64,000 bases of DNA from an uncultured Pseudomonadota bacterium (GTDB lineage Bacteria > Oederibacteriota > Muellerivitia > Muellerivitales > Muellerivitaceae), in assembly GCA_963843375.1 (NCBI GenBank), contig CAWJKT010000001.1:32001-96000 (forward strand). Direction: 5' to 3'. A model generated the notes under the pieces. That model was given only the letters and a program-made list of their open reading frames with translations, was not told the DNA's origin and searched no databases. Below, piece by piece: positions 38,029 to 47,978 of this stretch. The position numbers and the translations under genes are program-made. Position 1 is the stretch's first letter, and every line of letters begins with the position of its first letter.

Positions 38029-39423
38029 TTATTGCTTATCATCGCCATAGGGTGACATTTTCGGCATTTCGCCCGTGGCAACTTTCAGCCAAATTTGGTC
38101 ATAGAGTGTCTGGTACTTGGCCGTGATATAACTGACTTCAGTCGTCTCCAAGGACGTCATGACTTGGAGCAGTTCCAGGTTCGTCGTCAGATTCAACTTG
38201 AGGTCATGCAGGACGTCCTGGTAATCCTGTTGATAGGCTTGGACGGCCTTTTGGTAGGCGTCGGTTTCCCCCATAGATTCCACTAAGCTTTTATAGGCCT
38301 CCCGGATATCATCCGTAGCCGTCCTTCTTAGGAGGGACAAATTCATTTCAGCCTGACGTTTCTTGGAAGCCGCTTCATCCTCCTGGGCGACAACCTGGCC
38401 GCCCTCAAAAATAGGAAGGGACGCCACTAATTCCACGCTCCACGTGGGGACATCCACGGTTTTATCGTAATCCAGGTAGTAATCACCCTCGGCGAGGATC
38501 GTCGGCAGGTGCTCGCCATGGGCTGCTAAAAGCTGGGCATCGGTTACGACCACGCTGGCTGCTGCGGCTTTTACTTCGGGCCGGTTTTCCACCTTGGCTT
38601 CGGCATCCTCTGCGGAATAGGAGGGGGTGGAATAGGCTTCCTCGGAAACCAACGCTTGATCGGGTTTGAGATTGGCCAAGGTGGCCAGCATCTCCCGGGC
38701 CTGGGCCAATTGATACTTGTCATTCTCCAAGTCGGCTAGGACCTGCATGAGTTGGGCCTGGGTGTTGGACACATCCGCAGTCCGGGAGCGGCCCATGACC
38801 TGCCATTTTTTTTCCAAGTCCAGGGTTTGCTGGTTCAAATCCCTGGACTTCTCCAAAGCTTGTTGCGATTCTTCCAGTTGAAGTACGGAATAAAAAGCCT
38901 TGGCCACGTTCAAAAGAAGTTGCTGGGATTGGTAGCGAAGATTGTAATTTTGATTATCGATATTGGCTTCGGCGCCCTCAATCGCAGCGGGCTCAGCCAA
39001 ACCATTTAAGATGGTTTCGGATGCGGAAAAATAAACCGTGTCATTGACCGGGTCAGCGAGGACATTGGAGGAGCCGTGACCGATGGATTGAGTGGAAGGA
39101 AACCAGGTTTTGGTCCCGTTCAAGTAAATTTGGGGCAGGGCGCCTCCCAAGGCCTGAGCTTCCGTGGCCTTTGCCTGCACGACGTTTTCAGCGTTAGTGG
39201 CCATGGTTTCAGTGTGTTTGACCGCAAGGGCATAAACGTCGTAAAGATTTAGGGTGGCTTTTTGGTCGGCTTTCTGAACATCCTCCGTGGTTAATCCAGT
39301 CACTTCTTGGAGGGTTTTCTCAACGTGGTCATCCCCGACCTTGACCGGCGCTTCTGCGCATCCTGAAAAAGATAACAAAAAAGCGCCGGCAGCCAGCGCT
39401 TGGAAGAAAGGATTGCGAATCAA
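38029..39423 (-). CDS. TolC-family outer-membrane efflux lipoprotein
   Basis: Lipobox FSGC; two OEP repeats (ALPQI.L, RPEV, HLPTI, LPIFEGG); SD AAGGAG before TTG. Confidence 0.9.
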   Translation of the reverse strand: MIRNPFFQALAAGAFLLSFSGCAEAPVKVGDDHVEKTLQEVTGLTTEDVQKADQKATLNLYDVYALAVKHTETMATNAENVVQAKATEAQALGGALPQIYLNGTKTWFPSTQSIGHGSSNVLADPVNDTVYFSASETILNGLAEPAAIEGAEANIDNQNYNLRYQSQQLLLNVAKAFYSVLQLEESQQALEKSRDLNQQTLDLEKKWQVMGRSRTADVSNTQAQLMQVLADLENDKYQLAQAREMLATLANLKPDQALVSEEAYSTPSYSAEDAEAKVENRPEVKAAAASVVVTDAQLLAAHGEHLPTILAEGDYYLDYDKTVDVPTWSVELVASLPIFEGGQVVAQEDEAASKKRQAEMNLSLLRRTATDDIREAYKSLVESMGETDAYQKAVQAYQQDYQDVLHDLKLNLTTNLELLQVMTSLETTEVSYITAKYQTLYDQIWLKVATGEMPKMSPYGDDKQ

Positions 39424-39587
39424 GTTGAAATCTCCTTTTCTGGGTATTGCTACAAGCGGCCTATCAAGTGGAGGACATTATGCCGATTGGGGGCTTGGAT
39501 TCAATCCTGAATGGCTGAAAAAAGTTCATAAAACCGGTTTTAAAGGGCCCCCCCAAAAACGGGGAAAGGTTTAAATATTCAACCAGA

Positions 39588-40010
39588 TTAATTGCCTGTA
39601 ACCGCCCCTGCGGAAACGGGACCATCATCGCAGCCAAAGAATCGGGATTTTTCTTTCTGTTTTTGTTCCCATTTGATCAACATATCATCCAATTTTTTTT
39701 GTTGGTCGGGATTCAAGAGCGCCCGAAGTTGGCTATTAAAAGAGTCCCGGAGGGCTTTGAATTTTAAATCGCCTTCCTTACGCAAGGCGTCGGTTTTGGG
39801 AAGCTCCTGTTTTAAAAGAACCTCCACCTTTGCTTTTTGATCCTCGTTTAAGTCGTACCTGGATACCAAGCGTTTCAATATACGGCTCGAGTCCACGATA
39901 CCAGGTGGGTGATGAGGCCGAAAAAATTGATGAATAACCAAGCCGGTGGCCGTGACGCCCAAAAGGAAACCGATCAGGAGGGTCAGAAATGTTTTAATCC
40001 AGGGTTTCAT
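39588..40010 (-). CDS. Spy/CpxP-like periplasmic sensor/chaperone
   Basis: TM, L..RYDLNEDQKAKV...I/LRALLNPDQQKKLD (LTxxQ-like motifs). Confidence 0.7.
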   Translation of the reverse strand: MKPWIKTFLTLLIGFLLGVTATGLVIHQFFRPHHPPGIVDSSRILKRLVSRYDLNEDQKAKVEVLLKQELPKTDALRKEGDLKFKALRDSFNSQLRALLNPDQQKKLDDMLIKWEQKQKEKSRFFGCDDGPVSAGAVTGN

Positions 40011-40022
40011 ATTGAACTTCCT

Positions 40023-40484
40023 TTAAGGTGTATAGTCGTCGTCGGGTGAATAGGAAGCCAGGGTAATCCCGTTGGTGGTGGTCGAAGTGCCATACGAAAA
40101 GTTGGAGGAAAAAGCCGTTTCAACATTGGTGGGCGAAACCAGTTCGGTCGAGTCGGGTAAGACCGTGAAAAAAACCCAGGCCGCCACGGCGGCTGACCCC
40201 AGGAGGGGGATCAACCACCGAAGGGCAAAACCGGAGGAGAAGAAGCCGCTCTTTGGGGAAGCGGATTCCAACCGGTTCATAACTTTCAAGACGAAGAAAT
40301 CCTCGGAAGCTTCCGAGAAGGTTTGGGCGGGGAAAAGCTTTCTGGACACGATCTTCCATTCGGCGATAGCCCGGCGGCATTCGGCGCATTGGGGTAAATG
40401 ACCTTCCACTAGCTTCCTTTCCTTTTCGGTCAAGGGGCCATCAAACAAGGTCAGTAGTTTTTGTTGGATCGCATCGTGATTCAT
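40023..40484 (-). CDS. Zinc-binding (zf-HC2) transmembrane anti-sigma factor
   Basis: HLPQCAECR (HxxxCxxC), one TM, directly after the ECF sigma gene. Confidence 0.9.
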   Translation of the reverse strand: MNHDAIQQKLLTLFDGPLTEKERKLVEGHLPQCAECRRAIAEWKIVSRKLFPAQTFSEASEDFFVLKVMNRLESASPKSGFFSSGFALRWLIPLLGSAAVAAWVFFTVLPDSTELVSPTNVETAFSSNFSYGTSTTTNGITLASYSPDDDYTP

Positions 40485-40493
40485 TTTTTTCTC

Positions 40494-41072
40494 CTACTTA
40501 TCCGTATAGACGTCTTTTTCCTGTATAAAGTGTCGTAAATTCTCCTGCAACTGTTTTCGGGCCCGCGAAAGGCGTCCCTTCACGGCGTCCAGGGAACAAT
40601 CCATAACTTCGGCAATTTCCTGATATTCAAGGCCTTCCGCTTCCCGTAGAGTAAGAATCGTACGATAATCCTGGGGCAGGGTGGCAAGGATTTTACCAGC
40701 CAAATCCCGATTTTCCATTTGGGAAGCGGCCACCGCAGAGGTGGAAAATAGATGATGGATATGGTCGCCTTCATCTTCTACGAGAGTATCCAGGGATACC
40801 GTCCGGCGTCGGTTCCTCTTCCTTAATATATCCAGGCAATGGTTGGCTGTGATGCGATAGAGCCAGGTGGAAAAGGATGAATTACCTTTGAATTTGCCCA
40901 GGGATCGGTAAGCCTTTACGAAGACATCCTGGGCCCCTTCCTCCGCTTCGGTACGGTTTTGGAGCATGGAGAGGCAATAGCCCATCACCTTTTTGTGATA
41001 TTGGCGCACAAGCTCAGCGTAAAGTTCCTTTTGGCCGGAACGAATTTTTTCAATCAGTTCGTGGTCGTTAAT
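40494..41072 (-). CDS. ECF RNA polymerase sigma factor (probable ATT start at 41072)
   Basis: AEE.AQDVF.KAY, FSTWLYRI..N.CLD, L.LRE.EGLEYQEIAEV.....VKGRLSRAR; conserved DHELIE...G...YAELV lies upstream of the called GTG. Confidence 0.95.
   Translation of the reverse strand: MNDHELIEKIRSGQKELYAELVRQYHKKVMGYCLSMLQNRTEAEEGAQDVFVKAYRSLGKFKGNSSFSTWLYRITANHCLDILRKRNRRRTVSLDTLVEDEGDHIHHLFSTSAVAASQMENRDLAGKILATLPQDYRTILTLREAEGLEYQEIAEVMDCSLDAVKGRLSRARKQLQENLRHFIQEKDVYTDK
40507..40534 (-). promoter_or_regulatory. ECF-type promoter inside the sigma gene 3' end
   Basis: GACACTTT-N14-CGTCTA on minus strand, matching the upstream copy. Confidence 0.65.
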
Positions 41073-41116
41073 AGCGAAGCCTCTTTAATTGTTTAGCCTA
41101 ATCCCTTCTTATATAT

Positions 41117-41143
41117 TAGACGGTCTCAAGGTGTAAAAGTGTC
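41117..41143 (-). promoter_or_regulatory. ECF-type autoregulatory promoter upstream of the sigma gene
   Basis: GACACTTT-N13-CGTCTA on minus strand. Confidence 0.7.
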
Positions 41144-41434
41144 CTGGAAAGACCCACTGGTCGGAAAAGGCGCAGGAACAGTGACTTTTTTATACTGAAT
41201 CACCCAAAATCGATTTTGTTAATTATGTCTTTGGCTCTGACTTCCCAGCAAATGAAGGTCCTTGGGTTTATCCCGTTGATGGTTTTATGGGGCTTGGGCT
41301 TGCTCAGAGACTCTAAAATGTGTTGAATAACGTTTCTGGCAATAAGACTTGAGGATTTGGCGGCCGAATTTAGGGTTAAAGACGTCTAAATACTCACAAC
41401 CATTTGAAAATTAAACGGGTCAAAGGGAGTAGAT

Positions 41435-42406
41435 ATGAAAACCAATCTCCTGCTTTTTCTATGCCTCCTTGTCGGATTTGCCACGCAGGCCTATGGAGTG
41501 GACGATTCGGCGGCCAATTTGATTCCACAAGGCAAGATCAGCCTTTCAAACCTAACCGATACGCTTAACCGGAAATACCCGAAAGATAAGGAAAATTTCT
41601 GGAATGTTTCTGGAATCGCTTACCACGATTTTTCCGGTGCTCCCGATCAGGATGTGGTCATCGGATTGTCCGGCTACCGGGACAAAGGGCTTATTTACAA
41701 TAATAACAAGCAATTAGTAGAGGATGCCGGCGCGGGTTTTGGTTATTTCCACCTGGAAGACGGGATATGGAAACTCCGGCAGGTGGAATTGGTGGAAGGA
41801 AAAAAATACGAGGGTTTTGAAGGGGCCGATTTGACTGGTTCGGGAAAAGACCAACTGGTGGTTTATTCCTCGGATGGAGTCACCGAAATAGCCTGTGTTT
41901 ACGCGGTTCAAAAAAACGGAAATTTCAAAAGAATAGCTACCATCGCGGGTTATGGAATGGGGCCTCGGGTGTCGCAGGAATCGGGCAAGCCCTTGATAGT
42001 GGATTTTCAACGGGCCCTCATCAACCGCCAGGCCGACTGTCCGGTTTATTACGGGCGCCCCTATCGCTGGGACGGTATAAATTTTGTTGAGGCAAAGGAC
42101 GACTTCCTCGACCTCGTCCAATCCTACGATCCCTTCCACTCCACCGAAGCGGAATCCATTAGCGACTTGGCTTTTTTCGAGGGTTATCTTTCGGACCATC
42201 CGAACGATTTTTGCGCGGCTGCCAATTGTTTCGACTTGAGTACCCGCTTGAACTTGAAAGACAAGATGGAAAAATACCGTAAGCAGCTGATCAAATTGGC
42301 GAGTGGCTCCCCTGATTGCCGCTATTGTGACGATTGGTTGATGGGAAAAAACCGCGTTTACCAGAAACAGTACTTGGACATGATTTTGCAGGGGTCCAAA
42401 AAGTAA
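41435..42406 (+). CDS. Secreted hypothetical protein
   Basis: Signal peptide, SD GGGAG, one FG-GAP-like motif (ADLTGSGKDQLVV), helical Cys-containing C-terminus. Confidence 0.8.
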   Translation: MKTNLLLFLCLLVGFATQAYGVDDSAANLIPQGKISLSNLTDTLNRKYPKDKENFWNVSGIAYHDFSGAPDQDVVIGLSGYRDKGLIYNNNKQLVEDAGAGFGYFHLEDGIWKLRQVELVEGKKYEGFEGADLTGSGKDQLVVYSSDGVTEIACVYAVQKNGNFKRIATIAGYGMGPRVSQESGKPLIVDFQRALINRQADCPVYYGRPYRWDGINFVEAKDDFLDLVQSYDPFHSTEAESISDLAFFEGYLSDHPNDFCAAANCFDLSTRLNLKDKMEKYRKQLIKLASGSPDCRYCDDWLMGKNRVYQKQYLDMILQGSKK

Positions 42407-42721
42407 AATACGGCCGTCGCGCGTAAGTCAATTTTTCAAGAAAAAAATTCCGTCTTCTCAACTTCCAGGACATTCAAAAGTCTAATTTTCACTCTAAACG
42501 CCATTTTGCCGATAGCCTTTGCAAAAACCGTTCGAATTTTTCCGGAAAAGTCGTTGGCGATCGCGCAACAGGCGGTTTTCTTGAATAAAACAACAAAGGC
42601 CACATGCGCGAGGCGGCGCGCTTTGAATGCTTTCGTCATCCGCCGCCATCTGCTATATTTCAAACGGTTTGGGTTGTTTGCGTGAGATGTCGAACCCTTA
42701 TTCAAAACAAAGGAAAATTCC

Positions 42722-44857
42722 GTGACTCAAGCCTTCACCCTCAACGGCCTCTGGAAATTCACGAAACTCAGTGAATCGACGGTCGATAAAAGGTCCATCC
42801 CGCTCAAAAACCCCAAGGATCGGATCATTCAGGTGCCTTCCAATTGGTACCTGCAAGGGGAAGATTTCGCGGGTGAGGCCCTTTATGAGAGGGAATTCAA
42901 AGCGCTGCCGCTCAGGAAAGGCCAAGCGGCTTTGATTCGATTCAAAGGCGCGGATTATTTTCTGAAGGCCCAGCTAAACGGGCATCTTCTGGGGAAGCAT
43001 GAAGGCTATTTCCAAACGTTCGAGTTTAACGCGACGAAAGTTCTGAGTGGGGAGAACCGTTTGAAGATCCGGGTGGAATCTCCGAAGGAAAATTTGAAGG
43101 CCTGGCCCCATCACAAACACCTCATCAAAGGGATCTTCAACCATCATGACGCCCGCCCTGGCAGTTGGGACCTGGAACATGGGCAGGACCATAATACCGG
43201 AGGTCTTTGGAACGACGTGGAACTGCTGGTCGTGGACCAGATATTCTTGAAGCGCACCCAAGTGGACACAAGCCTGCGTCCCAACGGCCAGGCGACCGTC
43301 ACCCTGAAACTGGTTTTAGTCAACGTGGCCGAGTCCGGCGCTTATGACATCCGGGTCCAATTTGAAGGCATTGGTTTTTCCGCCAAATTGCAAACCCAAA
43401 AGAACATTCAACTTCAACGAGGGCAGACCGAAGTCCAAATTCAACAGGTTTTTAAAAAGCCCCGTCTTTGGTGGACCTGGGACCAGGGTAAACCGAATCT
43501 TTACAAGGCTTCGGTAGCCATTCACAACTCGCGCACGGGTCACGTGGTGGAAAAAGGCGAGGTGCGTTTCGGCATCCGTGAGATCAAAGTGACGCCCGAA
43601 TGGAAATTTGTCCTGAATGGGCGGAATTTTTTTCCTCGGGCTACCAATATCATTCCCACCCAATGGCTTTCGGAATACAAGGCTCCGCAGGCCAGGCGGG
43701 ATGTGCAATTGATGAAGGACGCCCATTTGAACGGGGTGCGGGTACACGCGCACGTGAATCGCGAGGAATTTTATGCGGCCTGCGACGAGGCGGGCCTTTT
43801 CGTGTGGCAGGATTTTGCCCTGCAATGGAGCTATGAGGACACCCCGGTTTTCACCCGAAACGCCTGCCGTCAAATCAAGGAGATGGTCCACCTTTTTTAC
43901 AACCATCCCTCCATCCTTGTCTGGTGCTGCCACAATGAGCCGTCTCATAACCGTGACAAATTAGACCCGATATTAGCTCGGGCGGTGAGGGAAGAGGACC
44001 AAAGCCGTTATGTGGATGAGGCAAGCGATTTCCGCTTTCACCCTTATCCAGGATGGTATTGGGAAGATTCAGTACTCAAAGACGCCCCGGGTATATTGGG
44101 CCCGGAGAATCCCTTTTATTCGGAGTTCGGTGCCCAAGCACTGCCTGAACTTTCGACCCTAAAGAAAATGTTCAAATCCAGGGAATTGTGGCCGCCGGAT
44201 TGGAAAAAATGGGCCCGGCATGATTTTCAATATTTCCAAACTTTCAACGTAGCCAAGATTGAAACGGGAAAATCCCTTCAGCAATTCGTGACCAATAGTC
44301 AAAAGTACCAGGCCCATGTCATAAAGGAATATATCCAAAGCTTTCGCATCAAGAAATACAAACCCATGAATGGTTATTTTCAGTTCATGTTCGTTGACTG
44401 CTGGCCCTCCATCACCTGGAGCGTGGTGGATTATTTCCGAAAACCCAAGGAGGGGTACAAGGCCTTGCAAACCGCTTCCCAACCTCTTTTGCCTGTTTGG
44501 CGCACCCATGTGACCCAATACAACCGCAAGGATATTCTGAACTGGGGCCATTCTTTTTTGAAAGGACTCCACTTGGTCAATGACTTTCCTTACGCCTGGA
44601 AAAGGCTTAAAGTAGAAACTCGCGTTGTGGATCCCAAGGGAAAGACCCTTTTTCGGGAAAAAGGCACCTGCGACATCGCGGCTGACTCGACTTCCATGCC
44701 CTTCGCCACCAATGAGAGGTTCGCCCACATGGAGGCTTTTGTTATTCCGGAGAATGCCCGATACGGCGATTATCAGGTGCGAATCAGGATTTGGGACCCG
44801 AAAGGCAAGTTGGTCGCCCATAATGAGCAGGATTTCAAGGTCGTGCCGAAAAAATAG
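42722..44857 (+). CDS. Glycoside hydrolase family 2 (beta-mannosidase-like), no signal peptide
   Basis: F.G.DY, HEGYF, P.LWW.WD.G.P.LY, FGIREI, VRVHAH, WQDF, HNEP (acid/base), SEFG (nucleophile). Confidence 0.92.
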   Translation: MTQAFTLNGLWKFTKLSESTVDKRSIPLKNPKDRIIQVPSNWYLQGEDFAGEALYEREFKALPLRKGQAALIRFKGADYFLKAQLNGHLLGKHEGYFQTFEFNATKVLSGENRLKIRVESPKENLKAWPHHKHLIKGIFNHHDARPGSWDLEHGQDHNTGGLWNDVELLVVDQIFLKRTQVDTSLRPNGQATVTLKLVLVNVAESGAYDIRVQFEGIGFSAKLQTQKNIQLQRGQTEVQIQQVFKKPRLWWTWDQGKPNLYKASVAIHNSRTGHVVEKGEVRFGIREIKVTPEWKFVLNGRNFFPRATNIIPTQWLSEYKAPQARRDVQLMKDAHLNGVRVHAHVNREEFYAACDEAGLFVWQDFALQWSYEDTPVFTRNACRQIKEMVHLFYNHPSILVWCCHNEPSHNRDKLDPILARAVREEDQSRYVDEASDFRFHPYPGWYWEDSVLKDAPGILGPENPFYSEFGAQALPELSTLKKMFKSRELWPPDWKKWARHDFQYFQTFNVAKIETGKSLQQFVTNSQKYQAHVIKEYIQSFRIKKYKPMNGYFQFMFVDCWPSITWSVVDYFRKPKEGYKALQTASQPLLPVWRTHVTQYNRKDILNWGHSFLKGLHLVNDFPYAWKRLKVETRVVDPKGKTLFREKGTCDIAADSTSMPFATNERFAHMEAFVIPENARYGDYQVRIRIWDPKGKLVAHNEQDFKVVPKK

Positions 44858-44915
44858 GGCCTTGAATCCAAATTTGACAAGATGTCTTTAAGACCACAAG
44901 TAAAGGTTTTGTTAA

Positions 44916-46289
44916 ATGAAAAATTATTTTTCGTCTATTTTGCGCTTCCTTCGCGGCTTTAAGTCTTCCAGTTGGATTATTTTGTTTTTGGCCGCCTCCG
45001 GTTTGGCTTTCGCGGATGGAGTCCAGATTATCAAGGAAGTTCCCTCCACTTTTCTTTACCCTTCCGACGGGTTTCTGCCCTTTAACATCCACCGGGGGAC
45101 CCAAACCATGTTGTCGCTCATGGTTCCAGGCTGCAGTTTTGACGACCCCCGGGGAGTGGCATGCGCCCTTTTAAAAAACGACCACGATCCCAAAGCCCCC
45201 CAAAATGACATTGTGGTGACTTGCATCGGAGTGAATTCAGAGGCGGGGGAAATCATTTATAACGTGGGTCTCAAGGATATCCGCCGTTTTGGGTCCGTGG
45301 GTCACGACGAAAAACAGTTTTATCATCCCACCGGAGCCGCCATCGCCACCAACGGGGAAGTGGCAATCGCGGATACCGGAAACAACCGGATCGCTTTGTT
45401 ACAGCATGACGGCCTGAGACTGACCTGGGTGAAAGCCATGGGCAAGCTCGGCGCCCGCGCCGGGCAGTTCAACGGACCAATGGGGGTTGCCTACGATTCC
45501 CAAGGCCGTCTTTACGTGGCGGATACCGGAAATAACCGGATTCAAGTGCGGGATGCCAACGGCCGGTTCCGTGTTTTAAACACGCCGCCTCTGGAAGGAC
45601 CTTCGGCCATCGCGGTGATCGATGCACGTGAAGCTTGGACCTTTAACCAACAAGGCCCTTACGCCAACCGGCTTGCGGTTATCGACCGAAAGGGGCAGCG
45701 GCTCCAGACCATGGATTTGGAGGGCGGAGTTCTCGCCCAAATCACTTCCGACCAGATTCCCGACCCGCCGGTTAAGTTGTACGGATGCGCTTTCGATTAT
45801 TATGGAAACGTCGTGGCCACGGATTTCGAGAAATCCTGTCTGCGGAAATTCGATAAGGATCTTCATTATGTGACAACCTTTGGAAGCTTGGGAACGGATG
45901 ATTTCCAATTTACCGAACCCCGGGGAATCGCTATCAACCACCAGTTTGGACAGATCATCGTGGCAGAAAAGAACAGCGTTCAATACTTCTGGAACGGGGC
46001 CGACGCGGTTAATATCCAGGTAGAGGCGTCTGGAAAGGGCTTCCGAATCCCCTTTTCCTTGACCGAACGAGCCCTGGTCAGCGCCGAAATCGAGGATGAC
46101 GAGTCGAACCCCGTTACCACTTTGTCCCAAAAACAGGATATGGGGCAGGGCCCCCAGGAGATTGATTGGACCCCCGGTTCTTCCCTTAAGCAGGGGACTT
46201 ATTATTTGAAAATGCAGGTCATGGCCACCTATTCCTCTCGCGACAGGATCGCGAAGGAAATCCGACTGCCGATTTCCTTTGGAAAATGA
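44916..46289 (+). CDS. Secreted NHL-repeat beta-propeller with C-terminal Ig/FlgD-like domain
   Basis: F..P.G.A....G...ADTGNNRI repeats; G.QEIDW...GTYY. Confidence 0.85.
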   Translation: MKNYFSSILRFLRGFKSSSWIILFLAASGLAFADGVQIIKEVPSTFLYPSDGFLPFNIHRGTQTMLSLMVPGCSFDDPRGVACALLKNDHDPKAPQNDIVVTCIGVNSEAGEIIYNVGLKDIRRFGSVGHDEKQFYHPTGAAIATNGEVAIADTGNNRIALLQHDGLRLTWVKAMGKLGARAGQFNGPMGVAYDSQGRLYVADTGNNRIQVRDANGRFRVLNTPPLEGPSAIAVIDAREAWTFNQQGPYANRLAVIDRKGQRLQTMDLEGGVLAQITSDQIPDPPVKLYGCAFDYYGNVVATDFEKSCLRKFDKDLHYVTTFGSLGTDDFQFTEPRGIAINHQFGQIIVAEKNSVQYFWNGADAVNIQVEASGKGFRIPFSLTERALVSAEIEDDESNPVTTLSQKQDMGQGPQEIDWTPGSSLKQGTYYLKMQVMATYSSRDRIAKEIRLPISFGK

Positions 46290-46378
46290 AAAGAAAAGCC
46301 GGGCTTCCGACAATAGATTTCCCTTTTCCGAAGGACCTTTTATAATTGCTTTAACCATTTGAAAGGCGGGGCTCTCTC

Positions 46379-46951
46379 TTGAAAAATAAATTGTTGTTTG
46401 CGGCAGTCATCCTCTCGCTTACCTCATGTCTTTGGGCCGGAACGGATTCGGGCGTTGAATTCCAGATCGAAGGGGGAATGGTTTCCCCCGTGAGCCGATC
46501 TCTTTATGAAAATTACACCTCGTCCTCCAGTTTCGGGGTGGCGGTGGGGTATAAATTCGATTCCCACTTTTCCATTCTTTTAGACGGGGAATACCAGGAT
46601 ATGAATGGTCAAAACCCGTCGGGGAACCTCCCGGCTTTTGGTTTTGATACCCTGGAAATGGCGGTTCTGGAAAAATACCGGTTCAGTTCCATTTCTAACA
46701 TCCATCCTTTTATCTTCCTGGGAGAAGGGGCGGCGATCAACAACTTCACCGGTCCAAATCCTCTGGGCACCATCACCAATGAGGCCGATCCTTTGGTGGA
46801 GGGCGGTTTGGGATTGGAATTCTCCTTTGGCGACCGGGCCAACGCTTTTATTCAGGCAAAGGAAACCGCGGATTTGACTTCTTCCCGGTTTTCCCCGGAT
46901 AAAATAACCCTTTACCTTCCCATACAAATCGGCGTCAATTTCAGTATTTAA
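46379..46951 (+). CDS. Small outer-membrane beta-barrel protein
   Basis: Signal peptide, GVAVGYKF, HPFIFLG.G, GGLGLEF, C-terminal GVNF. Confidence 0.8.
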   Translation: MKNKLLFAAVILSLTSCLWAGTDSGVEFQIEGGMVSPVSRSLYENYTSSSSFGVAVGYKFDSHFSILLDGEYQDMNGQNPSGNLPAFGFDTLEMAVLEKYRFSSISNIHPFIFLGEGAAINNFTGPNPLGTITNEADPLVEGGLGLEFSFGDRANAFIQAKETADLTSSRFSPDKITLYLPIQIGVNFSI

Positions 46952-47036
46952 CCGAGTGCGGAAAAGGTTAGGTCTGGTCCGAGGTTTTCGCTTCCGTATC
47001 CCTAAGCCTTTCAAATTCAAATTTTGGGAGCAGAAT

Positions 47037-47531
47037 TTGTTTCGATCCCCGGCTCACTATTCATTTTTAGGCCTGGTGATGTTGCTGGCCGGCTTATCCT
47101 CTTGCGGCCCCGCTCCCGAACCAGGCCTTCCGGAACTGGATCTTCAGCAGTCCCGGGCCATAAGCGATGCAGCGGCCAACGACCTCATCGGGGATAATTC
47201 CATGGACTTGTATAAAAGGTTGGATGCCGGGTTTTATTCCTTGGTGAGGGATGAGAAGGAAACGGAGGCGGTTATCCAAAAGATGTATGGTCTTTACGGG
47301 CGGCCGCTGGAATGCGAATACAAGATATCCAAATCAGGCACACGTATCGACGGGACTTGGAAAAGGTCCAAAAGGGACTTTTTTTATGCCGTGAAAACCA
47401 CCAAATACCCCAAGGGAAAATATTTTTTGAAAATTGAGGTGGTGGCCAACGCTCAGGCCACTGCGATTGATGTTTCGGGTTTTGGATTTTTCGATTTCAA
47501 GGACGGTAACGTTCCGGATTACTTGCGATAA
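47037..47531 (+). CDS. Hypothetical lipoprotein
   Basis: TTG 47037 with SD GGGAG; lipobox LSSC. Confidence 0.7.
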   Translation: MFRSPAHYSFLGLVMLLAGLSSCGPAPEPGLPELDLQQSRAISDAAANDLIGDNSMDLYKRLDAGFYSLVRDEKETEAVIQKMYGLYGRPLECEYKISKSGTRIDGTWKRSKRDFFYAVKTTKYPKGKYFLKIEVVANAQATAIDVSGFGFFDFKDGNVPDYLR

Positions 47532-47978
47532 TCCCAATAGCTCATCTGTATTGATTCTTCCTTTTTTTTCAGGCAATCGTAAATGACCAATGCATTAGAT
47601 TGATATTGATTTTAGACCTTCCGATTTTGCCCACTTGTTACGTTAGATATTTTTTAAAATATTTCTTAAGCGCTAAGTAAGTTTAAAAAAACCAATACCT
47701 CAAACCGATTTTTGACAGTGTGGGCAAAATTCTTTCGTCTTTCGAACAAAGAGGGTTTGATTTTCCGAAAAAGGGTATCAAATAATTAAGGTATTAGGAA
47801 AGACGTTTGCCGGTACAAAAAATCCTTTTGGGAGGTACTTTTTAGCCAAAGTATCAAAATCTTACTCCATTTCTGCAGTGCCGCCTTGCATATGAGGCAA
47901 ACCGGGCAGCTTAGTCCCCAAGCCTGTTGGGACTCAGAACTTATCCACTGTCCAGGCTGATCATTTTTTAAGATCGAG

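Noticed and set aside
42407..42721. GC-rich short hairpins between the secreted protein and GH2 as a possible ncRNA
   Set aside because: No recognisable RNA family or consistent multi-stem fold
47941..47949. DnaA-box-like TTATCCACT (also near 50935)
   Set aside because: Isolated 8/9 matches, no cluster and no oriC context
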